Source of the DNA: Candidatus Poribacteria bacterium
Lineage (GTDB): Bacteria; Poribacteria; WGA-4E; PCPOR2b
NCBI GenBank assembly: GCA_965215015.1
Contig: OZ244042.1
Location: forward strand, 2,144,001-2,208,000
DNA: 64,000 nt
Reading direction: 5' to 3'
The stretch's first letter is position 1, and each line of letters starts with the position of its first letter. This document shows, piece after piece, positions 21,172 through 31,724 of this stretch. Under the pieces are notes generated by a model that ran no database searches, was not told the origin of the DNA, and was given only the letters and a program-made list of their open reading frames with translations. The position numbers and the translations under genes are program-made.

Positions 21172-21899
21172 CGTTATTACTTCTCCTTTCGATATCTGAA
21201 CCGAGCGACTATGCCCCGTTTTAAGACCTCTATTTTGGCGTAAAGATTGAGAAATAACCTTGTAAAAGAGAGGGCACCAATCATGAAATATGGACAAGCC
21301 CTATGTGTGGCTGCGGATATATTACATTTGGGAACCGTTTGGATAATACTCCAAGAAACAACCTATACATACAGGGTAACTCTCATAGCGTTATACGTTC
21401 TGGGTCATATAATGTCCGTTATCGGAGGCGCGATTGTACAGTATAGCATCGAAACTACGGCTGTAAGCCAGATGAACAAATTAAGGAGCACTTCTCTTGG
21501 TGCTTTGCACCTTCTTTTAACATGAGCCCTCTCTTTTTGTACCTTTCTGCGGAAATAGAACACAGTCTCTTCCACCCCAACGATAAGCCCTACGCCACCA
21601 AGTAAGAGGAAGAATATCGCTATGATGATTCTGATTGGGGGCTATTCCGAAAAATTCATATATGTTTTTACCGCTATTATGAGCCCCCTTCACATAAATC
21701 CCCCTGTTTGTAGTAGCGCAATTCATTGCGCGTTTGTTCCTATCGGTGTCCGCCGCCGCACCTTCAATCATTTCTCAATCCGTGTCATCTGAGCCATCTG
21801 CTGAATCCCTGATTCAGACAATAATTATGAGCACCCCTTACATAAATATAAGCGGATTTATTCATATTTTCGCGTAACTGTAAGCACCCGTTCCAGAAA

Positions 21900-22055
21900 C
21901 ATGGGGAGGGACAAAAACATTTTGGCAACCCTAAAAATGGGCTATCCGGAGGCAGCGGCTCTGGGGTTGTGCCATCAAGTGTGATGAAAATACGACCGGT
22001 TCGCGCTTCAGTCAGCAAGGCCTCATGGTCGATAATACTGCCCCCCGTTCTGCTA
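21900..22055 (-). pseudogene. Remnant of a D-2-hydroxyacid dehydrogenase C-terminus
   Basis: RTGGSIIDHEALLTEARTGRIFITLDGTTPEPLPPDSPFLGLPKCF resembles the NTARGxxxDxxAL...LDVxxPEPLP...PH motif. Confidence 0.6.
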
Positions 22056-22097
22056 ACCCTGCTTTGGCTAAAATATCTTCCCTAATTTGACACTAAC

Positions 22098-22871
22098 TCA
22101 CCGCTTCTGGGCAGCCAACCACTCCTCATACTCTTTTCTGCCTTCTTCGTTAAACGGATAATATTTCCGCAAATCCCCGCCCTCCCGTAGTTTCATACGG
22201 ACAAAGACCTCATGCTCCTCGCGCTCACCGGCAATGCTGAGGATGCGCGGTATCAGCCGAGGCGGCACGACAATAGCCCCACCATCGTCCGCCATGATTA
22301 TATCCCCAGGATTCACCAAAACCTTGCCGCAACCGATGGGAAGGTTGAAGTCAGCGGGAAAGAGGTTTAGATGCCCCGCCCCACCGGTAGTCACAGCGGT
22401 CGACCAGACCGGCACCTTCAGTTCTCGGAAGATCGGCACAGAATCCCGGATACCAGCGTCAATGACGACACCAGTCCCGCCCTGCGCTTGAAAATAGGTC
22501 ATCAACATCTCTCCAAAGCAGCCGGTGGCGAGATCACCTCTACCATCAACCACAATCACGTCGCCAGCCCGCACTTCAAACATCACCTCCCACAGGGCGG
22601 AGGTTTTCTCACCGGCTTCCTCACCTTCAGGTTCCGATTCTTCGGAGGACGCCCCCGGTATCTGATAGCCTCTCATCTGGTCTTCGCGCTGTGGTGTGAA
22701 ACGGAGCGTCAGTGCGGGACCAACAATTTTACTCCCGGGCACACGAGCAATGGGACCCTCCATAAAGGTTCGGCGCACACCCAACGCTTCCATAGTGGAG
22801 GTGACAGCATCGGTTCCTAACTCATACAACGCCTCGATGATTCCAGGTGCGGGTCGTTTGATAGTGGACAT
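22098..22871 (-). CDS. RraA-like / HMG-CHA aldolase family protein
   Basis: IVGPALTLRF, GDVIVVDGRG, FGEML, GVVIDAGIRD, VNPGDIIMADDGG. Confidence 0.85.
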   Translation of the reverse strand: MSTIKRPAPGIIEALYELGTDAVTSTMEALGVRRTFMEGPIARVPGSKIVGPALTLRFTPQREDQMRGYQIPGASSEESEPEGEEAGEKTSALWEVMFEVRAGDVIVVDGRGDLATGCFGEMLMTYFQAQGGTGVVIDAGIRDSVPIFRELKVPVWSTAVTTGGAGHLNLFPADFNLPIGCGKVLVNPGDIIMADDGGAIVVPPRLIPRILSIAGEREEHEVFVRMKLREGGDLRKYYPFNEEGRKEYEEWLAAQKR

Positions 22872-23098
22872 ATTACACTCCTCTAAACCTGCTCACAGAT
22901 TGGCGGATTTCACAGGCGGGCTGGACAGCAAGGGGGATTAGGTCATTGACACCGTCTGTCAAATTCGCGATTAGATTTTCCTCACTGACTTTAGAAATAT
23001 ACGACAGCCATTTTACTCCTTTGTTATGCTTGGGTCAACAGCAAAAATCACCTCGAAAAAACGTACACATTTTCCACGCGAAAATGGAAGTATGGTTT

Positions 23099-23224
23099 CT
23101 AGGTTCCATTGACATTAACGATTGTGTGGTTTACGGCACGCGGATTGTTCCTACTGCTTTATGAGCACTCCTCATTTATATTTTAACGGCGGCATGTCAA
23201 TTTGTCAAAGGTCAACAGCTCCAG
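23099..23224. mobile_element. MITE-like element, CTAG-end family
   Basis: CTAGGTTCCATTGACAT ... AGGTCAACAGCTCCAG imperfect TIR; interior shared with the 10968 element. Confidence 0.55.
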
Positions 23225-23313
23225 ATGGATGGTGGCAAAAATTCTGCTTTTCGATCTCTTTTTCGACTCATTTCTGTTACAATATCAAAAACCAGCAAGG
23301 AGGGTATTTGCCA

Positions 23314-24780
23314 ATGATATCTGTCGCTTCCGCAATGCTTACACTATCAAGAGACTCAGTTACACAAGTGGTTTCACCGATTGACATCGGCGATCGGTTG
23401 GAACTGTTCGTTGACGATTATCTGATTGATGAAATGTCCGGCTCAACGCAAAGATTACACCATCCGCAACCACAAGACGTTGCCTGTGTTCATGATAACC
23501 CATGGGAGGGTAGCACCTGCGGCTATAAAACTGTGTTTCAAGACGGTAATCTTTACCGGATGTATTACCGGGGGAGTCACGTCATTTATACAACCGAAGG
23601 CTTTGACGATCCTCACCCGCAGGTAGTCTGCTACGCCGAAAGCCACGATGGAATACACTGGACCAAGCCGGAGCTCGGCTTGATCGCGTTCGATGGTGGG
23701 AAGCAGAACAACATCATCTGGGAAGGAGTTGGATCACACAACTTCGCACCTTTTAAGGACGAGAATCCCGATTGCAAGCCGGACGAAAAGTACAAGGCAC
23801 TCGGCTCAGGTGAGGGTGGTTTATATGCTTTCAAGTCTGCCGATGGCATCCACTGGGCACTCATGAACGATGAACCAGTCATTACCAAAGGGGCGTTTGA
23901 CTCACAGAACCTCGCCTTTTGGGATAGGGTGCGCGGCGAATACCGTGAATACCATCGCGATTTTCGTCAGGGACGCGATATCCGCACAGGGACATCAAAA
24001 AATTTTCTCAATTGGTCTGAGCCTGAATGGCTGGACTATTCGCCCAGCCGGGTCAGCGAACTCTACACGAATCAGATTATTCCATACTACCGTGCCCCGC
24101 ACATCTTCCTCGGCTTTCCAACCCGATACACCGATCGGGGATGGGCAGAATCGACGAAAGCTTTGCCGCAACTTGAGTATCGCCGCCTCCGAGGCTATGT
24201 GTCCCAGCGCGAGGGAACAGCGGTGACGGATGGAATGTTCATGAGCAGTCGGGATGGACACCATTTCAACATTTGGCCCGAATCGTTTATCCGTCCCGGA
24301 CTGCGGTTGAGGGGTAACTGGTTCTACGGCGACAACTATCAAAATTGGGGATTGGTGGAGACAAAGTCGCACATTGAGGGCGCGCCCGATGAGATTTCCA
24401 TCTATGCCAGCGAAGATTCGCATCAGGGTCCCGATTGTCGCTGGCGGCGTTACACGCTCCGAATTGATGGATTTGTCTCAATGCAGGCACCGTTAAGCGG
24501 TGGGGAATTTGTAACAAAGCCTCTAATCTTCAAAGGGGACCATCTCGCCATTAACTTCTCAACCTCTGGGGTGGGCAGTATTCAGGCCGAAGTTCAGGAT
24601 GCGTCTGGCGACGCCATCCCCGGCTTCAGATTGGACGATTGTCCAGAGGTTTTTGGTGATGACCTCGAACGGATAGTAACGTGGAAGAATGGGGCGGAAG
24701 TCAGTCGGCTTTCAGGGCAGCCCCTCCGGCTGCGATTTCTGTTAAAGGACGCAGACCTCTATTCGATTCGGTTCAGTTAA
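23314..24780 (+). CDS. Putative five-bladed beta-propeller glycoside hydrolase-like protein
   Basis: RBS GGAGG; RLELFVDDYLID, YRMYYRG, YAESHDGIHWTKPELG, FDSQN, LRIDGFVS, DADLYSIRF. Confidence 0.7.
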   Translation: MISVASAMLTLSRDSVTQVVSPIDIGDRLELFVDDYLIDEMSGSTQRLHHPQPQDVACVHDNPWEGSTCGYKTVFQDGNLYRMYYRGSHVIYTTEGFDDPHPQVVCYAESHDGIHWTKPELGLIAFDGGKQNNIIWEGVGSHNFAPFKDENPDCKPDEKYKALGSGEGGLYAFKSADGIHWALMNDEPVITKGAFDSQNLAFWDRVRGEYREYHRDFRQGRDIRTGTSKNFLNWSEPEWLDYSPSRVSELYTNQIIPYYRAPHIFLGFPTRYTDRGWAESTKALPQLEYRRLRGYVSQREGTAVTDGMFMSSRDGHHFNIWPESFIRPGLRLRGNWFYGDNYQNWGLVETKSHIEGAPDEISIYASEDSHQGPDCRWRRYTLRIDGFVSMQAPLSGGEFVTKPLIFKGDHLAINFSTSGVGSIQAEVQDASGDAIPGFRLDDCPEVFGDDLERIVTWKNGAEVSRLSGQPLRLRFLLKDADLYSIRFS

Positions 24781-24801
24781 TCCATCGAATTTTACAGTAG
24801 A

Positions 24802-24967
24802 TAGGAACTTACGCGGTTCAACCCTCAAAGCCGTGTCGAGCGGCGATAAATCGCCGAACGACACCTTTGCCAACGCCCGATGAATCGGGCAACTACAGCA
24901 AGAGCGCCATTAAGGAATCCGTAGTGAACACCGATTGTTGTTCACTGCGGAAGTGCGTAACTCCTTA
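24802..24967 (+). mobile_element. MITE, TAGGA(C/G)TTACGCA family, 6-bp TSD AGTAGA
   Basis: TAGGAACTTACGCG...TGCGTAACTCCTTA flanked by AGTAGA; near reverse-complement of 27190-27317. Confidence 0.85.
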
Positions 24968-24984
24968 AGTAGATATAAAATAGA

Positions 24985-25015
24985 GGAACCAAGTTTTTGA
25001 CAAAAACTCGGTTTC
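24985..25015. terminator. Hairpin between convergent genes (terminator or REP-like)
   Basis: GGAACCAAGTTTTTG-A-CAAAAACTCGGTTTC inverted repeat. Confidence 0.4.
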
Positions 25016-25063
25016 TACGCTTGTGCTTGCCGACGTAGCAGACTCGGATTAAATTACGTTGAG

Positions 25064-26086
25064 TTATGGGATAGGTGCGTCTTCACGCAGCAGCCCTTCA
25101 GCCTTTAGCTCGCTCCAAAGATTTGCAGGGATGGGATGTTTAAATATTTCGACATTCGATTGAACGTGCTCTGGCATGAGAGCCCCCGGAATGGCTGCGG
25201 CGACGATTGGATGTGCTAGTGGGAACTGTAGTGCTGCTGCCCGCAGCGGCACGTTATGCCGATCGCAGACAGCTTGGATGCGCCGCGTTTTTTCCAATAC
25301 TTCAGGAGGTGCCGGGGCGTAGGCGTAATACGCATTCTCCGTCGCACCTGTCGCTAGAATGCCGGAGGCAAACACTGCGCCAATCACCACGCCGATACCG
25401 CGTTCCTCGCACTGTGGAAATTCAGCGTCCAAGACATCCTGATCTAATAGCGTATATGGCATCGCAACGATAAAGAAATCAAGGTCTACCATTTCCAAAA
25501 AGCGTGGGATAGTGCCCATCTGATTCACACCAGCTCCCACCCCTTTGATTTGCCCGGTGGAACGCAGTTCCTCAAGCGCGCGCCAACCGCTAGTACCGAG
25601 CTGCACCATGTGAGCGTTGATTCGCGTATCGTTCACGTGAAATAGGTGGTCGAGATCGTGGATGAGCAGGAGATCGACGGAATTCAGACTGAGCCGCTGA
25701 AGGCTGTCTTCGTAGGAACGCATAATCCCGTCGTAGCTATAGTCAAAATAGAGATCGAAAGGCAATCCCCCAGCCCACATCCCTTTGTCGAAATGATCGA
25801 GGTCACGCGTTGCCCGCAGCACACGCCCGATTTTCGTAGAAAGCACAAAATCCTTACGTGGTTGCTGGCGGAGAAAATGTCCGAAACGATGTTCGCTTTT
25901 CCCGTAACCGTAGAACGGTGCTGTATCAAAGTAGCGCAAGCCGGCCTTCCATGCTGCTTGCAGTGTGGTCTGTGCTTGCGTTTCGCTGAGAATCTCAAAG
26001 AGATCTCCTAGCGGTGCCCCGCCGAAACCTAATTGGGTTAAAGGGACCCCTGTACTTCCTAAGTGGTTTGTTGTTATGTTACCCAT
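25064..26086 (-). CDS. Aldo/keto reductase (D-threo-aldose 1-dehydrogenase-like)
   Basis: LGFGGAPLG, YFDTAPFYGYGKSE, LSTKIGR, FDYSYDG, LLIHD. Confidence 0.9.
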   Translation of the reverse strand: MGNITTNHLGSTGVPLTQLGFGGAPLGDLFEILSETQAQTTLQAAWKAGLRYFDTAPFYGYGKSEHRFGHFLRQQPRKDFVLSTKIGRVLRATRDLDHFDKGMWAGGLPFDLYFDYSYDGIMRSYEDSLQRLSLNSVDLLLIHDLDHLFHVNDTRINAHMVQLGTSGWRALEELRSTGQIKGVGAGVNQMGTIPRFLEMVDLDFFIVAMPYTLLDQDVLDAEFPQCEERGIGVVIGAVFASGILATGATENAYYAYAPAPPEVLEKTRRIQAVCDRHNVPLRAAALQFPLAHPIVAAAIPGALMPEHVQSNVEIFKHPIPANLWSELKAEGLLREDAPIP

Positions 26087-26226
26087 TTACATCCCTCCAA
26101 GCTAAGTTGGTATTTGTTATTAGTAAGATGATCCCCAATTCGTATCTTAGATACCAATGATTTTCTCACAACCCTCGCCAGATTTCAAGCATTTTTTAAG
26201 TCAAGCGATTCCTCGCGAGGATAAAA

Positions 26227-26949
26227 TTAAAGATTCGCGTCAAATCGATAAGTTGGTTCCCAACCTAGCAGCCTTTCTGTCCGTGCCACATCCCCTTTTT
26301 TATAACCCCCTGGTGTAGCGAATATGTAAAAACATTCGTAGCCGATATTCGGTGCCTCTAGGGCACATTGCAGCGCGAACGCAACATCTCGTCTATCAAT
26401 CGTGCCAAAATAGTAGCCGTTTACAGGATGACCGTCAGTCGTAATCATTTTATCTGAATCAATAATACCCCATGGACGGATACAGGCGATGGAAAGGCCA
26501 TATTGTTCATGATAATTTCGGGCGAGTTCTTCTTGCAGCAGCTTGGAAAGATCGTAAGAGCTGGAGGCTTTCAGAGGATATAGATCGTGGGTGAGGAAAG
26601 TATCCTCCGGATAGCCACCATGGACCGCTCCACTGGATGTATGGACGAATCGCTGGATCTCACAGACACGGGCGGCTTCAAGAAGGTTGAATATACCCCG
26701 TACATTAATATCAAAGCCTGGACCCTCCATGTCGTAACTACCATTGGGGGCCATAATCGTGTTCACGACCGCGTCATGACCAGCCATTACAGCTTCAAGC
26801 GTCGTATAGTCAAGTACATCCCCTTGAACGATATTGTCGTAACCGTCCACCGGACGAATGTCAAAGGCAGTCACTTCATGGTCCTGGCTCAAAATATTGA
26901 CCGCAGCGCATCCCACAAAGCCGGCTGCGCCTGTCAGCAGTATTTTCAT
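26227..26949 (-). CDS. NAD-dependent epimerase/dehydratase
   Basis: ILLTGAAGFVG, HTSSGAV, YDLSK (YxxxK). Confidence 0.85.
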   Translation of the reverse strand: MKILLTGAAGFVGCAAVNILSQDHEVTAFDIRPVDGYDNIVQGDVLDYTTLEAVMAGHDAVVNTIMAPNGSYDMEGPGFDINVRGIFNLLEAARVCEIQRFVHTSSGAVHGGYPEDTFLTHDLYPLKASSSYDLSKLLQEELARNYHEQYGLSIACIRPWGIIDSDKMITTDGHPVNGYYFGTIDRRDVAFALQCALEAPNIGYECFYIFATPGGYKKGDVARTERLLGWEPTYRFDANL

Positions 26950-27189
26950 AATTGTAATTTCCTCAATTTTATATGCTAGATTACTCACGCAAAGGTTAGG
27001 GACTGTTCACATGCTGCATGTTTCAAGTTTGTCTAACACATTATTGGTTATAACCTCTTAGCTTGTCAAGAGATTCACCGACGAGGTTGTTAGGAGGCAT
27101 AATTTTTCCGTTGACGCGATGCCCAAGCATCTGTATTATAGAGACCCTTGAGGTGAAAACCTCACAGAGGAACGCAATGTAAAAAGAAA

Positions 27190-27317
27190 TAGGAGTTACG
27201 CACTTCAGTATGGATTCTCTGCTGTAGTTGCCCGATTCATCGGGCGTTGTCAATGGTGTCGTTCAGCGATTTATCGCCGCTTGACACGGCTTTGAGGGTT
27301 GAACCGCGTAAGTCCTA
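27190..27317 (-). mobile_element. MITE, TAGGA(C/G)TTACGCA family, 6-bp TSD AAGAAA
   Basis: TAGGAGTTACGCA...CGCGTAAGTCCTA flanked by AAGAAA on both sides. Confidence 0.85.
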
Positions 27318-27447
27318 AAGAAAGGGCAACGTACGAAGAGAAACCGTAGGGGCGCGGCCACCCCGACCACACTTGTCAAAAACCCGAATTCTATGGCACG
27401 ATTTCTTAACATGGGCGCAAAATAAAACCAAAGGAAGCCAAGCAATA

Positions 27448-28254
27448 ATGGAAAACAGCGGAACGCGATTAGCAGGCAAAGTTGCTATTGTCACCGGAGC
27501 AGGGAGCCGTACCCCGGTGGAGGGCGTTGGACGAGCGACATCAATTCTTTTTACTAGGCAAGGTGCTAAGGTCTTGCTGGTGGACCGGAATCTCTCAAAT
27601 GCGGAGAAAACCCTTGCTGTGGTTGAGAAAGAAGGCGGGGAGGCGTCAATTTGCGTTGCTGACGTTTCCCAAAACGACGACTGCCAAGCGATGGTTGAAG
27701 CGGCCGTTGAGCGATACGGTGAGTTGCATATCCTATTTAATAGTGCCGCTATCGGCGGGGCAGGAACCGTTGTTGATGTAGATCCAGAGGTCTGGGATGA
27801 TGTAATGGCGGTTAATCTCAAGGGTATGATGCTAGCATCTAAGCACGCTATTCCCAAGATGATTGAAGCAGGTGGGGGCTCAATTATCAATATCGCTTCA
27901 ATTGATGGACTGCGAGCGAATATTTGGCGCAACATCCCCTACGCTGTATCGAAAGGCGGTGCGGTTTCCTTGACGCGCAATATGGCGGTACATCATGGAC
28001 GAGATAACATTCGGGTCAACTGCATCGCGCCGGGGCACATTTACGCCCCAATGACGACCGGCATTTCCGATGAGCTGCGCGATCTCCGCCGTCGATCGGG
28101 TCCTTTGGGGACAGAAGGTACTGCTTGGGATATTGCGTGGGCAGGACTATTCCTCGCTAGCGATGAATCCCGTTGGATTTCCGGAGTGCTGCTTCCCATT
28201 GATGCTGGGCTGCTTGCAACAACGCCGCTGGCGATGTTGTCCCATTTACAGTGA
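27448..28254 (+). CDS. Short-chain dehydrogenase/reductase
   Basis: VAIVTGAGS...GVG, YAVSKGG, IRVNCIAPG. Confidence 0.9.
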   Translation: MENSGTRLAGKVAIVTGAGSRTPVEGVGRATSILFTRQGAKVLLVDRNLSNAEKTLAVVEKEGGEASICVADVSQNDDCQAMVEAAVERYGELHILFNSAAIGGAGTVVDVDPEVWDDVMAVNLKGMMLASKHAIPKMIEAGGGSIINIASIDGLRANIWRNIPYAVSKGGAVSLTRNMAVHHGRDNIRVNCIAPGHIYAPMTTGISDELRDLRRRSGPLGTEGTAWDIAWAGLFLASDESRWISGVLLPIDAGLLATTPLAMLSHLQ

Positions 28255-28374
28255 TGGCCCCCCCCTTAGTCAGAAGAAGACACGCAGGGGTGATATAGAA
28301 TCAGTCGGAACCGCTGAGGGCTTCATCAATGCCTACCTGGTAGAATTCTCCTGCAAGCGAAAGATGTTAGCAAT

Positions 28375-29175
28375 ATGCAAGGAACCAATCAGCTTTTTGA
28401 TCATCCCAAACCGATCATCGGCGTGATTCATCTGCCCCCGCTAATCGGCAGTCCCCAATCGAGGCAGCTTTTCCGCGAAATTCGTGCCCGTGCACTTTCA
28501 GATGCAAGAACGTTAATTGATAATGGAATTGATGGGGTTATCATTGAGAATTATGGAGATGCACCCTTCTATCCGGATAGTGTTGAACCTCATACCGTTG
28601 CGGCACTAACACTTGTTGCGAACGAAATCCGGGAACGTCATTCGCAGACACCGATCGGGCTCAACGTCCTGCGCAACGACGCGAAATCGGCGATCGCAAT
28701 CGCGACGGTTACGGACGCAAATTTTATCCGTGTGAACGTGCACACCGGCGCGATGCTCACCGACCAAGGTATTATCCAAGGAAGGGCGCACGAAACCTTA
28801 CGCTACCGATCCACCCTCAAAAGCAAGGTTAAAATTTTCGCCGATATTGCCGTGAAACATGCCGTGCCACTTGCATCAACCGATATCCTCACCAGTGCGG
28901 AGGATACGTATCATCGCGGACTCGCGGACGCACTGATCGTTACGGGAACGGCAACTGGCAAAAGGGCAGATCTCGGTCAATTAAAAACTGTGAAATCAAG
29001 AGTCCCGCAAGCCAGCGTTTTCGCTGGCAGCGGGGTGACAATTAATAACCTCACCGAGGTGTTGCAGCATGCGGACGGCGTTATTGTCGGCACCTCAATC
29101 AAACACAAGGGTGTGACTACAAACGAAGTTGATCCCGACCGCGTACGCGCACTGATCAAAGCACGTGAAGAATAG
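28375..29175 (+). CDS. BtpA/SgcQ family protein
   Basis: IIGVIHLPPL, IENYGDAPF, GLNVLRND, ADIAVKHA, VTGTATG, ADGVIVGTSIK. Confidence 0.9.
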   Translation: MQGTNQLFDHPKPIIGVIHLPPLIGSPQSRQLFREIRARALSDARTLIDNGIDGVIIENYGDAPFYPDSVEPHTVAALTLVANEIRERHSQTPIGLNVLRNDAKSAIAIATVTDANFIRVNVHTGAMLTDQGIIQGRAHETLRYRSTLKSKVKIFADIAVKHAVPLASTDILTSAEDTYHRGLADALIVTGTATGKRADLGQLKTVKSRVPQASVFAGSGVTINNLTEVLQHADGVIVGTSIKHKGVTTNEVDPDRVRALIKAREE

Positions 29176-29225
29176 ATGTTTCCAGAGATCTGAGACCTAC
29201 ATCACGGCGGATACGGACTGTTGAA

Positions 29226-30128
29226 TCACGCTGCCAATGCCTTCATGAGATCGGCGTGGGCAAGATGCCAATCCTCGATATGGTTGAGGAGCACCGCAGA
29301 AGTCAATGTGCTGTCATCTTCGCGTCCGACGGTCGCGTGAATCTCTATCCGTTTCGCGTCTCTATGGGTACGGTTGCGGATAAAGGTGTTCCATTCATCG
29401 GCTTTTTCCCGATCAATTTCACCGCCATTCTGTTCTAACACCCATGCTTCAAACTGAGTGTAGCTCGGGAGGTTTTCACGGATGTAGGCAACAGCATTAG
29501 TGGGTGCGATTTGGAGCACGCGTAAGACTCGCGGATCCAAGCCGTTTTCTGTCATGTCCGGATAGTCGGGATGGAGGCGACCTTTCGCTTTCAACCAAAC
29601 TTTGAGCCACGTCCGAGGTAACTGGCAGACCTCCAAAGTGCCGTAATCGATATTCGCAATCAGCGGTACAACGCGCCCTGTGAGTGCCGCGAAATCATCG
29701 TCCAAGTGACGGTCATAGAAGAGCTGCCAATCCTGTAGGTTGTTCAGGATTACAGCGGACGTGATGCCGGCACCATCAGGAAGCCCGATGTCATTATACG
29801 TCTCTTCAATTTTCGCCGGGCGGTGATCACGGGAACGGACTCGTTCGTTCCAATCCGCCACTGCCTGTTGGTCAATCTTCCCACCCTTTTGCTGGAGAAT
29901 CCATGCCTCAAATTCGAGATAGTTCGGCATATTATCTCGCAGGTAGGAGAGTGTCGTTTCTTTGTCTAAATCCAAAACTTCGAGGATTGATGTGTCAAGC
30001 CCACCGCTGCAGTCTGGATATTCCGCATCGAGCAGTCCGGCCTTTCTAAGGGTGACTTTCCACCAGAACCGTGGGAGTTGGCAGGCTCCTAAGGGACCAT
30101 AGCCGATGTTACTGATAAGGGGAACCAT
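29226..30128 (-). CDS. Hypothetical protein with two tandem DUF5069-like domains
   Basis: Internal repeat VPLIxxxxYGxLxxCQLPRxWxK...GLD...FEAW...WN...TSAVxLNxxxDW twice. Confidence 0.65.
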   Translation of the reverse strand: MVPLISNIGYGPLGACQLPRFWWKVTLRKAGLLDAEYPDCSGGLDTSILEVLDLDKETTLSYLRDNMPNYLEFEAWILQQKGGKIDQQAVADWNERVRSRDHRPAKIEETYNDIGLPDGAGITSAVILNNLQDWQLFYDRHLDDDFAALTGRVVPLIANIDYGTLEVCQLPRTWLKVWLKAKGRLHPDYPDMTENGLDPRVLRVLQIAPTNAVAYIRENLPSYTQFEAWVLEQNGGEIDREKADEWNTFIRNRTHRDAKRIEIHATVGREDDSTLTSAVLLNHIEDWHLAHADLMKALAA

Positions 30129-30257
30129 ATTATGCTCCTTGTCTTAATTTGATGTTTGTAAATTCGATCTCAACTCATCTCACTCCAAAGGTTGTTTGGT
30201 TCACTGTATCATAATTTTACTGACTGGATCAACCCCAGATTGAGTTTTCATTTAACC

Positions 30258-30286
30258 TTGACAATGCAGCACGTTTAGCATATGCT
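30258..30286 (+). promoter_or_regulatory. Sigma70-type promoter of mogA
   Basis: TTGACA-17 bp-TATGCT. Confidence 0.55.
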
Positions 30287-30342
30287 ATATCAACCGGATT
30301 TTAAATAAATTTCTACAGTGTTCAATTCTGAGGAGAACAGAG

Positions 30343-30867
30343 ATGGCAGAAAGAACTTCAGCGAGCACCGAGCAGCACCGGGAAATGGCTGCGGAACACG
30401 GGCCTGTGCTCGTAGCAATCGTTACCGTCAGTGATACACGCACACCGGAAACCGATAAGAACGCGGCTTACCTCCGCGAACAATTAGCGGCAGGCGGAAA
30501 TGAAGTCGTGGGATATCGCATCATCAAAGATGAACCGGATCAGGTCAAAGCTGTGCTGGACGACTTTGCAGCAGGGGACGCGCGCATGATTCTTTTCAAC
30601 GGCGGTACAGGTATTGCCCCGCGCGATACAACCTTTGACGTATTGAATCAAGCCCTAGAGAAAACCCTACCCGGTTTTGGCGAGCTCTTCCGAATGTTTA
30701 GCTATGACCAAGTCGGAGCAGCGGCGATGCTATCACGTGCTACCGCCGGTGTATATCGAGGGAAGGTGGTTATCTCTACACCCGGCTCAACGGCTGCAGT
30801 GCAGCTGGCGTGGGAAAAACTGATCGGACCAGAGCTGCAGCATCTGGCGTGGGAGGTCGGACGGTAG
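30343..30867 (+). CDS. moaB: MogA/MoaB molybdenum cofactor biosynthesis protein
   Basis: [45 protein letters not shown]. Confidence 0.85.
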   Translation: MAERTSASTEQHREMAAEHGPVLVAIVTVSDTRTPETDKNAAYLREQLAAGGNEVVGYRIIKDEPDQVKAVLDDFAAGDARMILFNGGTGIAPRDTTFDVLNQALEKTLPGFGELFRMFSYDQVGAAAMLSRATAGVYRGKVVISTPGSTAAVQLAWEKLIGPELQHLAWEVGR

Positions 30868-30894
30868 GAAAACAAAGATGTTTTATTAATTAGA

Positions 30895-31149
30895 TTACTT
30901 TTCCTTTGCCAACCTATGGCAGATATGGCAGTTGCCGACGTTGAGATGCGGCATGGTTGGCGATTGCTCGGTCCCACGAAGATGACACTTCAGACAAGCG
31001 GCTGGATCTGTGTAGATCCGGTGGTCTGGAATGTTGGAACGAGCAGGAGCTGCGTTGAAGAAAAGGATGATCATTACAATTGTAAAAATAATTCCGATGA
31101 CGCTGACAATAATCAACAGCGTTCGCGCACTGGCTTCTTCCGTTGGCAC
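30895..31149 (-). CDS. Small membrane-anchored diheme c-type cytochrome
   Basis: N-terminal TM helix; CLKCH and CHICH heme-binding motifs; RBS AAGGA. Confidence 0.7.
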   Translation of the reverse strand: MPTEEASARTLLIIVSVIGIIFTIVMIILFFNAAPARSNIPDHRIYTDPAACLKCHLRGTEQSPTMPHLNVGNCHICHRLAKEK

Positions 31150-31193
31150 GTTTTAGTCCTTTTATCCTTTAGTCAAAATAGGAAAATCGAAAA

Positions 31194-31670
31194 TTGAAAT
31201 GGAAAATTGAAGTTAGTTACAAACCCGAAACCCCAGATGCCATTGGACAAAGTATCCTTCAGGATATCACCGATCTCGGACTTGCCGGTGTAGAATCCGT
31301 CCACACCGTTCAAATCTACTGGATCGAGGGAGAAGTTAACTCACATGCGATCGAGCGAATCTGTGCGGAACTTCTCGCCGATCCGGTGGCGCAGAACTAC
31401 GTTTATAGCCGTTCTGACAATCATACCCCAAGACAAAATGAGGGTTCCGTATGGACCATTGAGGTGCGGTTGAAACCGGGTGTAACAGATGCCGTTGGCA
31501 ATAGTGTTCTCAAGGGGCTGCGTGATATGGAAATTCCAGATGTCCAAACCGCACAAACAGGACAAAAATATCAGATACACGGCTGCTTAGATCAAGCCAA
31601 ACTTGAAATGATTGCACAGCAGCTGCTTGCGAACGACGTTATACAAATATTTGAGATCTGGCAGGGTTAG
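31194..31670 (+). CDS. purS: Tandem PurS-like domain protein (FGAM synthase accessory subunit)
   Basis: Two repeats of IEVxxKPxxxDAxG...LLAxxV. Confidence 0.7.
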   Translation: MKWKIEVSYKPETPDAIGQSILQDITDLGLAGVESVHTVQIYWIEGEVNSHAIERICAELLADPVAQNYVYSRSDNHTPRQNEGSVWTIEVRLKPGVTDAVGNSVLKGLRDMEIPDVQTAQTGQKYQIHGCLDQAKLEMIAQQLLANDVIQIFEIWQG

Positions 31671-31724
31671 TGTGCTGCCAGTCCGTAAGGACTTGCTTCC
31701 GAGTTCATCAAGGCACTGATGACA

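Noticed and set aside
21247-21525. Possible small membrane protein on the + strand
   Set aside because: Hydrophobic, but weak RBS and no recognisable family; insufficient support
23122-23313. N-terminal extension of the 552-aa ORF
   Set aside because: Overlaps a MITE-like element; a better RBS/ATG lies at 23314
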